A stretch of 64,000 nucleotides of DNA from Candidatus Latescibacterota bacterium (GCA_965219385.1 CBDCNM010000001.1:980631-1044630), one strand, 5' to 3'; positions 52,626 through 62,784 are shown, counted from the first letter of the stretch. The notes: generated by a model not told the origin, from the letters alone. Numbers and translations are program-made.

Positions 52626-54077
52626 TTACTGTGCTCTGTATCTTTTGACCCCCTGAAGAATAGTCCGCCCACTAACCTTTAATATCCCCGTTATTCGGCA
52701 CCGCTACGAGCATGCCCATTAAACCCATTAACTGGCCGCCAACCAGAACCACAAAAAGAACAATCAGGGGGTGCAAATCCACACTTTTAGCCAGTACAAT
52801 GGGCTGGATAAGTAAATTGTCGATCAGCTAGATGATCACAAAGACGATCAACACATGCCAGACCATACCAATCCCTCCCCCTGTAGCCAGCGCCACGATA
52901 GCGGCAGATAGAATGCCGATCAACGGCCCCAGAAAGGGGATCATATTAGCCAGCCCTGCGACAATACCCACCGGCAAAGCATAGGGCAGCCCAACCAGCA
53001 GCAGTCCACCAACAGAAAGGGTGCCGACCGCAGTGGTAACCAAGATTAATCCACGGATATATCCGCCAATCTGGCCGTTAATCTGGTGCAGCAAGTTGAG
53101 GCAGAGTTCAAAATATTCATTGGGCACCAATTCTATCAGGCCATGAGTAATGCGCTTCCCTTCCTTTAACAAGAAGAAAGCCACAAAAGGCACGATCACG
53201 ACGAAGGTGATGCCCGAAAAAACTCCACCAAGGACTTCGGTTGTTCCCCCCAGGAGCTTTTTGGCCAAAGAACTTCCTTGTTCTTCGATCAGGGCAGAAA
53301 GGTTTAAATCCTCGCCCAGACCCGATTGCGGCCGAACCATCAGCTGTATCCTCTTCACCTCTTCGCTCAGGCGGGTGATGATGCTGGGGCCGGCACGCCC
53401 AAAATCGCCCCCCCCCTTGAAAAAACAAGGGTTTGCACCTGGACTGAATCCCTGTACCTCCCTTCCTCCCAGAACCAAAAATCAGGGGATTCTTCTCCTG
53501 AGCGAAGGGAATTGCCCTGCATCCGCAAGGTAAACGGCTCGGTCAAGGCCGGGCTTGCAATATTCAGACTGCCCTCTACAGGTTCGGTGCTCGAAGGTTT
53601 AAAGCGGAGCTTCAAAACCAGTTCTTTGGCCGGTTCGAGTTCGACCGGAAACCCAGGAGAATCTATCAGATAAAACGCAGAATGCTCGGGATCCACCCCC
53701 TTTATCCCCTCAATTATTGCGCTATCAGGACCTTTATTTAAAACAGTGACTTCCTGGTCCACCTCTTCCTGGACGAGAAACTGCTCGCTGAGTTCGATCA
53801 TCTCGGCCGTCAGCTTGGTACCGGCCTGGAAGGCCCCCAGCATTAAGCCGCTGAATACGAGAATGAATATGAACAGGATGCTGAGTACCCTGTTCACCCC
53901 CCTGCCTTCCAGGCGATCTACCAGTGGAGCCAGGACGTAAGAAAGCACAAAGGCCAGGGCAAAGGGAAGTAAAATGCCTTTAATTTTTAGAACAAACCAA
54001 AGGACAACCCCCAAAACGGCTATGCCCGCAATGAGCTTGACTGGATTCCCCAACGGGGAGGATTTTGCCTGTTCCAT
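52626..54077 (-). pseudogene. AI-2E (PerM) family transporter with Ig-like insertion; two frameshifts plus in-frame TAG
   Basis: YVLAPLVDRLE, FFLLKEG, IPFLGP, II*LIDNLLIQP, LHPL. Confidence 0.8.
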
Positions 54078-54085
54078 AAAAGCAG

Positions 54086-54694
54086 TTAAGCGGTTTGTTC
54101 TTTCTCGGCAGGTTGGTTTGCCTCTTCTACTTCGGCGACCTTGGTCTTTAAGTCCTCACGCTGGCTTTTTGCCAAATCAGCTTCCTTGGCCGCGTCTCGT
54201 GCTTCCTTGAGCAGACGGTTGGTGTGTCTCAAACGCACTGAGATCATCTGGGAAAGCTGCATGACGATCTTCAAACCCAGGCGGGGATCACTCTCAATGA
54301 GTGCCAGCAGGTCCGGGCGGAAAAAACCGACCGCCTGGCAAGGCTCTACGGCCAGGGCCGTAGCGGTTCTGGGGGACTCGTCCAGAAGAGCCTGTTCCCC
54401 AAAAAAGTCCCCAGTGCCAAAAGTGGCCAGATGCAGGATACTTCCCTCCTCCTCGGTCTGGACGATCTCTACCCGTCCGGTTACAATGAGGTACATACCG
54501 GCACCCAATTCACCTTCCCGTACAATAGATTCATCGGCAGCATAGCTGCGACTGTGCAGGATTCCTTCGATTTTGCGGAACTCTCTCCGGTTCAAATCCT
54601 GAAAAATAAGCACTTCTTTCAGAATATTGTAGAGTTCGTCTTTTTTCTGGGAACTACGGCGGAAAAGATTGCCCCAGAAAGGGTCGATAGCCAT
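54086..54694 (-). CDS. Cyclic nucleotide-binding domain protein
   Basis: GDFFGEQALLDESPRTATA; no HTH. Confidence 0.88.
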   Translation of the reverse strand: MAIDPFWGNLFRRSSQKKDELYNILKEVLIFQDLNRREFRKIEGILHSRSYAADESIVREGELGAGMYLIVTGRVEIVQTEEEGSILHLATFGTGDFFGEQALLDESPRTATALAVEPCQAVGFFRPDLLALIESDPRLGLKIVMQLSQMISVRLRHTNRLLKEARDAAKEADLAKSQREDLKTKVAEVEEANQPAEKEQTA

Positions 54695-54836
54695 AGGTCG
54701 GGATACCCTGTAGCGACTCTAAGGCTCTGCCGAAATTTAAGTTTCCCTTTTCACGCCCTAAAATTCCGAATTTCAGAGGGGAACGGCGAAATTCGGAATA
54801 CCGAAACAGAAAAGTAATTTTTCGGCAAGGCCTAAA

Positions 54837-54876
54837 GGCAAAAAACGACCCCTTGTAACAAAAGAGCCGTTTTGCC
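54837..54876 (-). terminator. Probable terminator after trxA
   Basis: Hairpin GGCAAAACGGCTCTT/AAGGGGTCGTTTTTTGCC followed by TTT. Confidence 0.45.
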
Positions 54877-54908
54877 AGTATGTCCTGATTTACTATTCTA
54901 ACGCTGTT

Positions 54909-55238
54909 TTAACTTGCCAGGACCGCATCTAATTTCTCAGTGATCTGTTGCTTGGGAACAGCCCCTATCAACTGACCCTCAACCTTGCCTTCCTTAAAGA
55001 TGAGAAGGGTGGGAATACTTCTAATGCCGAAATCTGCAGCGGTTTTCTGCGCAGAGTCCACATCTATTTTGCAAATTTTGGCCTTTCCTTCGTATTCACT
55101 GGACAATTCTTCGACGATTGGAGCGATCATGCGGCAAGGCCCACACCAGGTCGCCCAGAAATCAATCAATACGGGAACATCCGATTCCAGCACCTCCCGG
55201 GCAAAATTTTCGTCGGTTAAAGCAATAGGTTCGCTCAT
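54909..55238 (-). CDS. trxA: Thioredoxin
   Basis: WCGPC, IRSIPTL. Confidence 0.96.
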   Translation of the reverse strand: MSEPIALTDENFAREVLESDVPVLIDFWATWCGPCRMIAPIVEELSSEYEGKAKICKIDVDSAQKTAADFGIRSIPTLLIFKEGKVEGQLIGAVPKQQITEKLDAVLAS

Positions 55239-55332
55239 TCTCTTTCCTCTTTCAAAGCAGTTTTTAAATAATATAACTAACAAATAATCAGGAGGTTATC
55301 ACAAAAAACACGATATCAATATAACCAGTGGT

Positions 55333-56382
55333 TTAGTTCCTGTCAACCCTGTTTTGTCCCTGCCCCGCACAGAGACGATGGACCAACAGATCCATGACCG
55401 TAGATTCCTGCCTGCGGCTCCGCGACCTCAATCGGACCTCCGCTTCCAGCAACGCCGCCAGCCCTTCCCAGAGCCGCTGGGGGGAATTGCGCCGGGCCTG
55501 GTCCAGATAACCTTGGAGAAAAAAAGGAGCAACCCCCAGGTGGGCGGCCATCTGCTCCCGGGAAAACCGACCCTTTAACAGATCCTGAGCCCGCAGAAGC
55601 AAACGGAAATGTCGGCCGATCATAGCTATAGTTCGGCCAGAATCCTCCCCATGGGCCATCAAACTATGCAATAGATGCATGGATTTCTGGGTGTTTTGAT
55701 AGCCTATGGCATCGGTTAGTTCAAAAATACCGGCACCACGGGTCACCCCCACCACTTGCTCCACCGCTCGCCGGGTAATTTTTTTAGATTCTTCGGTAAA
55801 AGAAGCAAGCTTGTCCAGGGCACCGGCCAGCTCACGCAGGTGGGGACCGATGTAGAGCCGCAATAAATCCACCGCTTCCGGTTCGATCCGCATCCCCTGA
55901 TCGCGAACGAAATCCTGGATCCATTGGGGCAGGCGATTTTCAAAAGGCACGCGAAACTCTAGAGCATGGCCCTTCTTGGCCATTTGGCCAAAAAACTTGC
56001 GGCGCAGATCCACCTTACCCCCCACTGCGATCAGCAAGGTCGTTTCCGCAGGAGCCTCGATTATGCTTTCCAGTTGTTTGCAATCCCCGGCAGATAACTT
56101 TTCGCAGCCCTTCAGGACCACTAGGCGGTGTGCAGCCATCATTGGGTAGGCCAGGTAGACTTTGAGGAAATCCTCAAAGACAAAGTTATCCCCGTGGAAT
56201 AGATCCAGGTTGAAATCGCGGGCCGAGGAGGGAGCCAGTTCTTCGGTCAACCAGGCACAGGTGTTATCGCGTTCGAAGTCCTCATCTCCGTGCAAAAGGT
56301 AAAAAAGGGCTCGTTTGCCACTCTTTATTTCCTTGCGCAAAGCAGCCGGTGAAAGCCCTTGCCGACGCTGCAATTTACCCAC
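55333..56382 (-). CDS. holA: DNA polymerase III delta subunit
   Basis: YLLHGDE, DFNLDLF, IFELTDAI. Confidence 0.88.
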   Translation of the reverse strand: MGKLQRRQGLSPAALRKEIKSGKRALFYLLHGDEDFERDNTCAWLTEELAPSSARDFNLDLFHGDNFVFEDFLKVYLAYPMMAAHRLVVLKGCEKLSAGDCKQLESIIEAPAETTLLIAVGGKVDLRRKFFGQMAKKGHALEFRVPFENRLPQWIQDFVRDQGMRIEPEAVDLLRLYIGPHLRELAGALDKLASFTEESKKITRRAVEQVVGVTRGAGIFELTDAIGYQNTQKSMHLLHSLMAHGEDSGRTIAMIGRHFRLLLRAQDLLKGRFSREQMAAHLGVAPFFLQGYLDQARRNSPQRLWEGLAALLEAEVRLRSRSRRQESTVMDLLVHRLCAGQGQNRVDRN

Positions 56383-56402
56383 CTGCGTCTTCCCCTGAGG
56401 AA

Positions 56403-56594
56403 CTACTCTTCAATATCCTGAAACTCGGCATCGACAGCCCCATCCTTGTCGAAACCTGTTGGCTCTTTGCCATTTTTGGACCTTGAGGGGGGGGGGGGGG
56501 CCGTTCCACGGCGCTGTCTCAACCCTATGGATTGGAAAATTTGGTAGAGCAAAATTCCCATTACCAGTGCTACCAGCAACTTTAACACAATCAC
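56403..56594 (-). CDS. Small membrane-anchored hypothetical protein
   Basis: TM helix, Pro run, C-terminal VDAEFQDIEE; GGAGG SD. Confidence 0.6.
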   Translation of the reverse strand: MIVLKLLVALVMGILLYQIFQSIGLRQRRGTAPPPPSRSKNGKEPTGFDKDGAVDAEFQDIEE

Positions 56595-56618
56595 CGCCTC
56601 CGGAAAAAGGCAAAAGAC

Positions 56619-57095
56619 CTAATCCTTCCCGGGCCACTTGAGGGGAAAAGGCTCGGTCTTATCGGCATCCTCCCATAGTTTTTTGAGATGCGCATTGTAG
56701 TGCACCTTTACTGCTTTTTCTATCCGGTCGATTTGTTTATTGGCGCTGGGTATAAAGGTCGCAAAATCGGGCTCGACAATCTTCTTCAAGGAGTTTTCCA
56801 GGGCCCGTTTGAGATTATTGTGTGCTGCTTTTAAATACTTGTTCTCTGGAGGTCCAACCGTTTCCAGATCCTTTCGGTAATTTTCGATGACCTGCGCAAT
56901 GTCTTTGGCCATATTGCTCATCCCCTCTGTGCGCAGGTAGGTCCGGTACTGTGCCAGGGTTTTCTGGTACTTTTCGAGGGGTTTGACCTTCTGGATATAG
57001 GGCGTGAGTTCGTCGGGTCTCTCTGCACATCCCCACATCCAACAAACCAGCAGTAGGATTCCTAGCTTCTTCACAATTTTATGCCTCCATTTCAT
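56619..57095 (-). CDS. Hypothetical lipoprotein
   Basis: Lipobox-like MWGC. Confidence 0.65.
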   Translation of the reverse strand: MKWRHKIVKKLGILLLVCWMWGCAERPDELTPYIQKVKPLEKYQKTLAQYRTYLRTEGMSNMAKDIAQVIENYRKDLETVGPPENKYLKAAHNNLKRALENSLKKIVEPDFATFIPSANKQIDRIEKAVKVHYNAHLKKLWEDADKTEPFPLKWPGKD

Positions 57096-57163
57096 GTATA
57101 ATTTTACCTCAAGCCCAGTGCCCCCAACCTAATAATCGCACCCCTGCCAGTCAAGTATTAAAG

Positions 57164-58012
57164 CTAACCCTCTGGCCCATCCTGCTCCTGATGGGGCATT
57201 TTGAACAAAACCCCGTTTAATTCCCCCCCCAAAAGCAAGGTAAACGCTACCATAACCCCTCCGAGCACCCCGTAGACCACACTATAATAGCTGAAGCTCT
57301 GGATAAAATACCTGAATCCCCCTGCGATAAACGACCAGAGGAGTAAAAAAAGCAGGCTTCCGGGAAGCACATCCAACCAGCGTTGTTTGATATCCGGGGC
57401 CAAGCGGTAAATACAGGCAACCACGATGAGAGTGCCCCCTATTCCCGCGGCGCGACGCAACAAACCGACCAGAGAAGGAGCCTTTTCTAAACCCGGCCAG
57501 TAGAGATGCAACCAGGCCTCGAGTTGTTCGCCAAATACGAATAAATTAAATAGAAAGACCAGAGAAGATCCCATGCTGACGACGAGAACGAGGGAAAGCG
57601 TGCGCCGCTTCCAAAAAGATCGCTTTTCCCGGACATCATAGGCCCGATTCAGAGCGCTCATGGTGGTAGACATACTGGCCGAGGCCGGCCAGATCACCCC
57701 CAGAATGCCAAAAAAGAACAGGCTTTGATACGAACTCCATAGATACTGGATATTTTCCTCGATAATGCCCAGCAAGGTCGGTGGGATGATGATCCCCAGA
57801 TCCACCAGCAGTTGCTTAAAAGCATCGGGAGGGGTGCCCGTGATAATCAACAATGCGGTCAACACCAGAAGACCGGGAAATATGGCAAAAACCCAATCGA
57901 ATGCCATGGCCGCGGCGGCATCTGTACATTCGTGCTGGGATGTAGCTTTCCCCGTCGTCCGAATGATCTTGCCCCAGGAGATCCGGGGTAGTTTTATGTA
58001 TTTTTTAACCAT
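57164..58012 (-). CDS. YihY/BrkB-family membrane protein
   Basis: AAAMAF..FAIFP, ALNRAY, LLGGELN. Confidence 0.88.
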   Translation of the reverse strand: MVKKYIKLPRISWGKIIRTTGKATSQHECTDAAAAMAFDWVFAIFPGLLVLTALLIITGTPPDAFKQLLVDLGIIIPPTLLGIIEENIQYLWSSYQSLFFFGILGVIWPASASMSTTMSALNRAYDVREKRSFWKRRTLSLVLVVSMGSSLVFLFNLFVFGEQLEAWLHLYWPGLEKAPSLVGLLRRAAGIGGTLIVVACIYRLAPDIKQRWLDVLPGSLLFLLLWSFIAGGFRYFIQSFSYYSVVYGVLGGVMVAFTLLLGGELNGVLFKMPHQEQDGPEG

Positions 58013-58025
58013 CTGAGCGGATGGC

Positions 58026-58796
58026 CTAACCCTTTATATACTCCATGACCGAATCAAATATGTGGCCATTGGTAGAAAACGCGTCCTTGCCGTAGATGGT
58101 GGCCTGCCCACGCCAGTCTGTAAAGGTTCCTCCCGCCTCTTCCAGAATGGGCAATAATGGGCCGCAATCCCAGGAATTCACGATAGGGTCAAAACTGCCC
58201 TCGGCCCGACCAGTGGCTACCAGGATGTGTCCATAACAATCCCCCCAACCTCGCCGCAGTCGGACCGCTGTACCCAGTGCCTCCCACGCATCACCTCTTC
58301 CGCACCTGGCGAAACTATCCCCGCTTGTGTAGCAGATGCAGGCCTCGCTCAAGTCGCGGACATCTGAAACCTTGGCCCTTTTTCCATTCCACCAGCACCC
58401 CTCGCCCCTAGCGGCCCAGACCAGTTCGTCCAGGGCCGGCATGTATACAACCCCCACTGTGACCCCATCCGGGTTTTCCATGGCGATGAGCACTCCGTAG
58501 AGGGGGACGCCCTGGATGAAAGACTTGGTCCCATCTATGGGATCGATTATCCAGCGATTTCCGGAGCGGCTTTCCTTGTGGCCAAACTCCTCGCCCACGA
58601 GGCCGTCCTCTGGATAGGTCCTCTCGAGCATTTCCCTGATTTTTTGTTCGGCTTCCCGGTCGGCCACGGTTACGGGAGACTCATCGGGTTTCCATTCTGG
58701 CTCCACGTGGGTCTGATAATACCGCAGTGTAATCTTGCCAGCCTGCCAAGCGGCTTCCACGGCAAATTCCATCCTGTGGCACAGGGAATCACTCAT
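58026..58796 (-). CDS. hisN: Inositol monophosphatase-family histidinol-phosphatase
   Basis: SPVTVAD, GEEFG, WIIDPIDGTKSF, WDCGP. Confidence 0.8.
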   Translation of the reverse strand: MSDSLCHRMEFAVEAAWQAGKITLRYYQTHVEPEWKPDESPVTVADREAEQKIREMLERTYPEDGLVGEEFGHKESRSGNRWIIDPIDGTKSFIQGVPLYGVLIAMENPDGVTVGVVYMPALDELVWAARGEGCWWNGKRAKVSDVRDLSEACICYTSGDSFARCGRGDAWEALGTAVRLRRGWGDCYGHILVATGRAEGSFDPIVNSWDCGPLLPILEEAGGTFTDWRGQATIYGKDAFSTNGHIFDSVMEYIKG

Positions 58797-58910
58797 CGGC
58801 TTATCCCTTTTCCATTTTTTGGAGCGCCTTGGATTCCCTTGTTGCACAAGCGGTTGTTTATCGCCAAGACTCTACCCTTGCAAATTATATATGTTCTCAC
58901 ACAGATACTA

Positions 58911-58941
58911 AAAAAGAGGGGGTGGTAGCTCATCCCCTCTT
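58911..58941 (-). terminator. Intrinsic terminator after sigma/small ORF
   Basis: AAGAGGGGATG...CACCCCCTCTT followed by T tract on the minus strand. Confidence 0.6.
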
Positions 58942-58964
58942 CGATTCATCAGGCGTCGTGGTGC

Positions 58965-59123
58965 CTAGGTTGGCGCGTGGGAATTTTTCCCAGCAGAGGC
59001 CTGCTGTCCTTCGGGTTGAATATCCGCTAAAACAGCCCGAACTTTCTTGCGAAAGCTGGCTATTTTGACTTCGACTTCTTCAATGGAACGCAGTAGCTCC
59101 TCCTCCATAATGTCTGTGGCCAT
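58965..59123 (-). CDS. 52-aa small protein (not in ORF track)
   Basis: AGGAG SD, then MATDIMEEELLRSIEEVEVKIASFRKKVRAVLADIQ...HAPT*. Confidence 0.6.
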   Translation of the reverse strand: MATDIMEEELLRSIEEVEVKIASFRKKVRAVLADIQPEGQQASAGKNSHAPT

Positions 59124-59189
59124 CTTAATGCTCCTACCCAATAATTTAAAGGAGAGACCAGACTTCGGGGGGAGGTATTTAACTGATGT

Positions 59190-60050
59190 TTAAGCATTGT
59201 TGTAGATCCTCAACTGATCGCTGCGACTTGGATGCCGCAGACGATGCAGCGCCTTCTCCTTGATCTGGCGAACCCGTTCACGGGTTAACCCGAAGTGGGC
59301 GCCGATCTGGTCCAGAGCCATGGGCTCTTCGCCATCAAGACCAAAATACAGCTTGAGGATCTCGGCTTCGCGCCTGACAAGACCACACAGGGCAGAATCA
59401 ATCTGACCGCGCAAACAGCCTCGTATAACCTGATTCTCAGGAGATTCTTGCCGCTCATCGGGAAGTATATTGAGCAGGCTGTGATCTTCCTCTTCCTTGA
59501 AAGTCGCATCCAGCGAGCGAACCGACCGACCACACATCAGGGTTTCCTTGATCTCCGCCACCGGTAGGTCCAACTGTGCAGCGATTTCTTCGGGCTTGGG
59601 GTCGTCGGTGCGTTCCTGTTGCAACAAGCGTGAAGCTTTGGAAATTTTGTAGAGCAGGCCGATTTTGTTGAGCGGCAGCCGGACTGTGCGGGATTGTTCA
59701 GCAAGGGTTTGGAGAATGGCCTGGCGGATCCACCAAACGGCGTAGGATATAAATTTAAACCCTTTGTCTTCGTCAAAACGCTCGGCTGCTGTGATCAGGC
59801 CCATATTGCCCGCACTGATCAGATCGGCCAGAGGTACCCCGCGGTTCTGATACGCTTTTGCAACACTGACCACAAACCTCAGATTGGCCTCGACCAGCCG
59901 GTTGCGGGCTCTTTCGTCCCCCTGTTTTATTTTGCGCGCCAGTTCCACCTCTTCGGCCGTGGACAGGGGACTGGAATTGGCGATCTCTGCCAAGTAGCTG
60001 CCCAGAGAATCCTCCATGTCCCAGAATGAAGTTTTTGTCATCTCCGCCAT
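59190..60050 (-). CDS. RpoD/SigA-family sigma factor (short, lacks region 1.1)
   Basis: ANLRFVVSVAK, KFISYAVWWIRQ, LTRERVRQI. Confidence 0.93.
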   Translation of the reverse strand: MAEMTKTSFWDMEDSLGSYLAEIANSSPLSTAEEVELARKIKQGDERARNRLVEANLRFVVSVAKAYQNRGVPLADLISAGNMGLITAAERFDEDKGFKFISYAVWWIRQAILQTLAEQSRTVRLPLNKIGLLYKISKASRLLQQERTDDPKPEEIAAQLDLPVAEIKETLMCGRSVRSLDATFKEEEDHSLLNILPDERQESPENQVIRGCLRGQIDSALCGLVRREAEILKLYFGLDGEEPMALDQIGAHFGLTRERVRQIKEKALHRLRHPSRSDQLRIYNNA

Positions 60051-60173
60051 GTGCCATTCCTCTGTTTTGAGATGCTTGAAAGGAACAATGCCAGAGAAAA
60101 AGGCCAGGCTATAAACATAGCCGGGCTCTGAAAAACTGTCAAGAATTTTCTCAGACTCTTCGCCGGGATGGGT

Positions 60174-60899
60174 TTACCCTTCTAGGGAATTTTGCTGTAT
60201 GACCAGAAGCTCATAAATGCCCTTTGTCCCCACATCGAGCATCTCATTGGCCTCTTCCCGGGTAAAGGGCCGCCCTTCTGCCGTACCCTGCACTTCGACT
60301 ATTCCGCCGCTTCCCGTCATCACCAGATTCATGTCGGTCTGAGCCCGGACATCCTCCTGGTAACAAAGGTCTAGAAGCACCTGATCATCAACCACCCCCA
60401 CACTGATTGCCGCCGCTGCGTCCAGCACGGGATTGTTATCTAATTTTCCATCTTTAACAAAGTTATTAACAGCCTCTACCAGAGCAACATATGCACCAGT
60501 AATTGAAGCGGTTCTCGTCCCCCCATCGGCTTGGATCACATCGCAATCAACGTACAAGGTGCGTTCCCCCAAGCCCTTGAGATCGACGATCGAACGCAAC
60601 GATCTACCTATCAACCGCTGGATCTCCCGGGTCCGCCCGTTGACCTTGCCGGTAGTGGATTCCCGAGCAATCCGTTTGCCGGAAGACCCTGGAAGCATGC
60701 CATATTCCGCCGTCAACCAACCCTTGCCGGTTCCGACCAGAAAAGGAGGCACCCGGTTCTCTAGGCAGACTGTGCAGAGTACCTTGGTCTGCCCCATTTC
60801 TATAAGCACCGCACCTGGTACTGTATTCAGGTAGCCCCGAGTCAGGGTAATCTCTCGCAACTCATCCACGGATCTTCTATCAGGACGTTCAAACGCCAT
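60174..60899 (-). CDS. rph: Ribonuclease PH
   Basis: [26 protein letters not shown]. Confidence 0.96.
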   Translation of the reverse strand: MAFERPDRRSVDELREITLTRGYLNTVPGAVLIEMGQTKVLCTVCLENRVPPFLVGTGKGWLTAEYGMLPGSSGKRIARESTTGKVNGRTREIQRLIGRSLRSIVDLKGLGERTLYVDCDVIQADGGTRTASITGAYVALVEAVNNFVKDGKLDNNPVLDAAAAISVGVVDDQVLLDLCYQEDVRAQTDMNLVMTGSGGIVEVQGTAEGRPFTREEANEMLDVGTKGIYELLVIQQNSLEG

Positions 60900-60909
60900 G
60901 GGGCATCGT

Positions 60910-61746
60910 TCAACGTTGAGGTTGCAAATGCAGGCGGTAATCCATGCCTTCCATTTCTACCAAATGACACATCTCCATCAGGCGAGAATAGACGCGCCCA
61001 TGCGAAAGTTGCTGAATCTCGCTTGAAGGCTGGTTGGTAGTAACTATGGTAAAACGCTCCTCCCCATAACGGGCATCCACCAGATCGTAGAGCATTTCTT
61101 GTTCCCATGGGGTGTCTCGTTGAACCCCGAAATCATCCAGCAACAAGTAGGGCAGTTTGCACAATTCTTCGAAGATTTTCCAGGTTTGTCCATAGTCCTT
61201 ACTGGTCTCGGAGAAGGTGTCTCGCAGCTTCTGAAAATAGGTGCGCGAAAGATTAATAAAACGCCCGGCCTTGCAACGGTGCAGGATCAATTCGTTCAGC
61301 ATAATGCATCCGAGCAGGGTTTTACCGGTTCCGGGAGAACCGTACAGCAAATATCCCCGGCGCGGTTCATACCCGCTGTCAGCCAGGGTAGAGACATAAC
61401 TCTGGACCATCTCGGCAAACTCTACAGGAGTCCCATCCGGAGCCAGGATGTGGAAGTCTTCCTGAAACTTCCACCTGTAGCGCTCGGGAATATCCGCTTG
61501 CTTGAACAGACGCGCGACTTCGGACAACCGTCTCCTGGCCGCTCTGCAGGTACACCATTGATTTTTGGACTGTTCATCCCAGTACTGATAGGGAGAGCGG
61601 CCTCCACACCGGCATATATCAGATATGCAGGTACACAATTTCAAACTACCGTAACGGCCGACCTCTACCTGAGAGTCGTAGTAAATCCGCACGCCACCGC
61701 AACGGGAACACGGCCCGGGCGTTACCACCTGTTCTAATTGACTCAT
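60910..61746 (-). CDS. DnaC/IstB-like AAA+ ATPase with Cys-rich N-terminus
   Basis: [31 protein letters not shown]. Confidence 0.8.
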   Translation of the reverse strand: MSQLEQVVTPGPCSRCGGVRIYYDSQVEVGRYGSLKLCTCISDICRCGGRSPYQYWDEQSKNQWCTCRAARRRLSEVARLFKQADIPERYRWKFQEDFHILAPDGTPVEFAEMVQSYVSTLADSGYEPRRGYLLYGSPGTGKTLLGCIMLNELILHRCKAGRFINLSRTYFQKLRDTFSETSKDYGQTWKIFEELCKLPYLLLDDFGVQRDTPWEQEMLYDLVDARYGEERFTIVTTNQPSSEIQQLSHGRVYSRLMEMCHLVEMEGMDYRLHLQPQR

Positions 61747-61755
61747 TTGCCTGGT

Positions 61756-62253
61756 TCACTGGCTGTCCTTGAGGGCCCGTTCTAGGTCTCGCTGGACTTC
61801 TCGGTTGGCTATGGCCTCGCGCTTGTCGTACTGCTTTTTTCCTCGAGCCAGGGCAAGTTCAACTTTGGCCCTACCCCGTTTGAAGTAGATCTTCAGGGGC
61901 ACTAAGGTCAACCCCCGTTGTTCGGAGCGGCCGATCAAGCGGCGGATCTCCCCTTTGTGGAGGAGTAGTTTGCGGGGCCTTTCGGGGTCGTGATTGAAAC
62001 GGTTGGCAGGCTCATAGGAGCTGATATGGACACTGTGGAGGATGACTTCCCCTTTTTCGATGGCAGCGTAGCTATCTTTGAGGTTGACTTTGCCGGCGCG
62101 GAGGGACTTTACTTCAGTGCCCTGCAAAACAATGCCCGTTTCGTAGAAGCCCAGAATTTCATAGTCATGGCGTGCTTTGCGGTTCTGGACGATGATTTTT
62201 ATGCCATTCTTCTCCAGATCGGTCGAAGCTTTGTTTGTTGGTTTGGCGCTCAT
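61756..62253 (-). CDS. smpB: SsrA-binding protein
   Basis: [28 protein letters not shown]. Confidence 0.97.
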   Translation of the reverse strand: MSAKPTNKASTDLEKNGIKIIVQNRKARHDYEILGFYETGIVLQGTEVKSLRAGKVNLKDSYAAIEKGEVILHSVHISSYEPANRFNHDPERPRKLLLHKGEIRRLIGRSEQRGLTLVPLKIYFKRGRAKVELALARGKKQYDKREAIANREVQRDLERALKDSQ

Positions 62254-62302
62254 GGTTACCCCTTGACGGTAAGGGGATCCTCCTTTAACTTTTTAGCTGG
62301 GT

Positions 62303-62390
62303 GCCGAAGTGGCGAAATTGGTAGACGCGCTGCGTTCAGGGCGCAGTGGGGCATGCCCCCGTGGAGGTTCGAGTCCTCTCTTCGGCACCA
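62303..62390 (+). tRNA. tRNA-Leu(CAG)
   Basis: Acceptor GCCGAAG/CTTCGGC, anticodon arm CTGCG-TTCAGGG-CGCAG, long variable arm, TTCGA, encoded CCA; upstream TTGACG-17-TAACTT. Confidence 0.96.
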
Positions 62391-62426
62391 TTTTTATCTC
62401 TTTAAAAAATTAACGATTTAGGCCAG

Positions 62427-62454
62427 GCCGGGCAAGTTGATCGCCCGGCTTTCT
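62427..62454 (+). terminator. Terminator after tRNA
   Basis: GCCGGGC...GCCCGGC followed by TTTTCT. Confidence 0.65.
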
Positions 62455-62464
62455 CGTCTATTTT

Positions 62465-62756
62465 CAGTACTTCACGAAATACCCGTACCTATTTGGACCT
62501 CAAGGCCGGAGGGGATTTTGCCGGCGGCGTTTTATGGGGGGTGGAGCGAGGAAAAGAGGGCTCTGGGACTCAGAAGCCGTCTTAAAATTCCTGGTGAGCC
62601 CAAAGCCCGAGCGAAAAGGCGGGGGCCGGCGGAGGTTTTGAGATGGCTTCTCAGGCCTGCCTGGGGGGTGGCGGGGAGCAAGAGCGCCTTGGGCATCATA
62701 AAACGCCAGAGGCACAATCCCCGCACAGCCCCACCCGCCGATTCCGTGAAGTACTG
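62465..62756. mobile_element. MITE family B (292 bp) with nested family A MITE
   Basis: TIRs CAGTACTTCACGAAAT / ATTCCGTGAAGTACTG; 5-bp TSD ATTTT. Confidence 0.75.
62573..62650. repeat. MITE family A copy (78 bp)
   Basis: TCA|GAAGCCGTCTTAAAATTCC...GGTTTTGAGATGGCTTC|TCA. Confidence 0.8.
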
Positions 62757-62784
62757 ATTTTCAACCCTGGAAAGGAGAGCAAAC

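Noticed and set aside
31827..52830. Genome-wide TAG recoding
   Set aside because: Several clear genes (apt, CGS, ychF, gmd, clpP) end at TAG at their expected C-termini.
57230..57270. Apparently shortened last TM region in YihY
   Set aside because: Cannot distinguish natural variation from an in-frame deletion without an alignment.
62303..62390. tRNA-Leu as an integration site for the recombinase
   Set aside because: No duplicated tRNA 3' end found, and the recombinase is 60 kb away.
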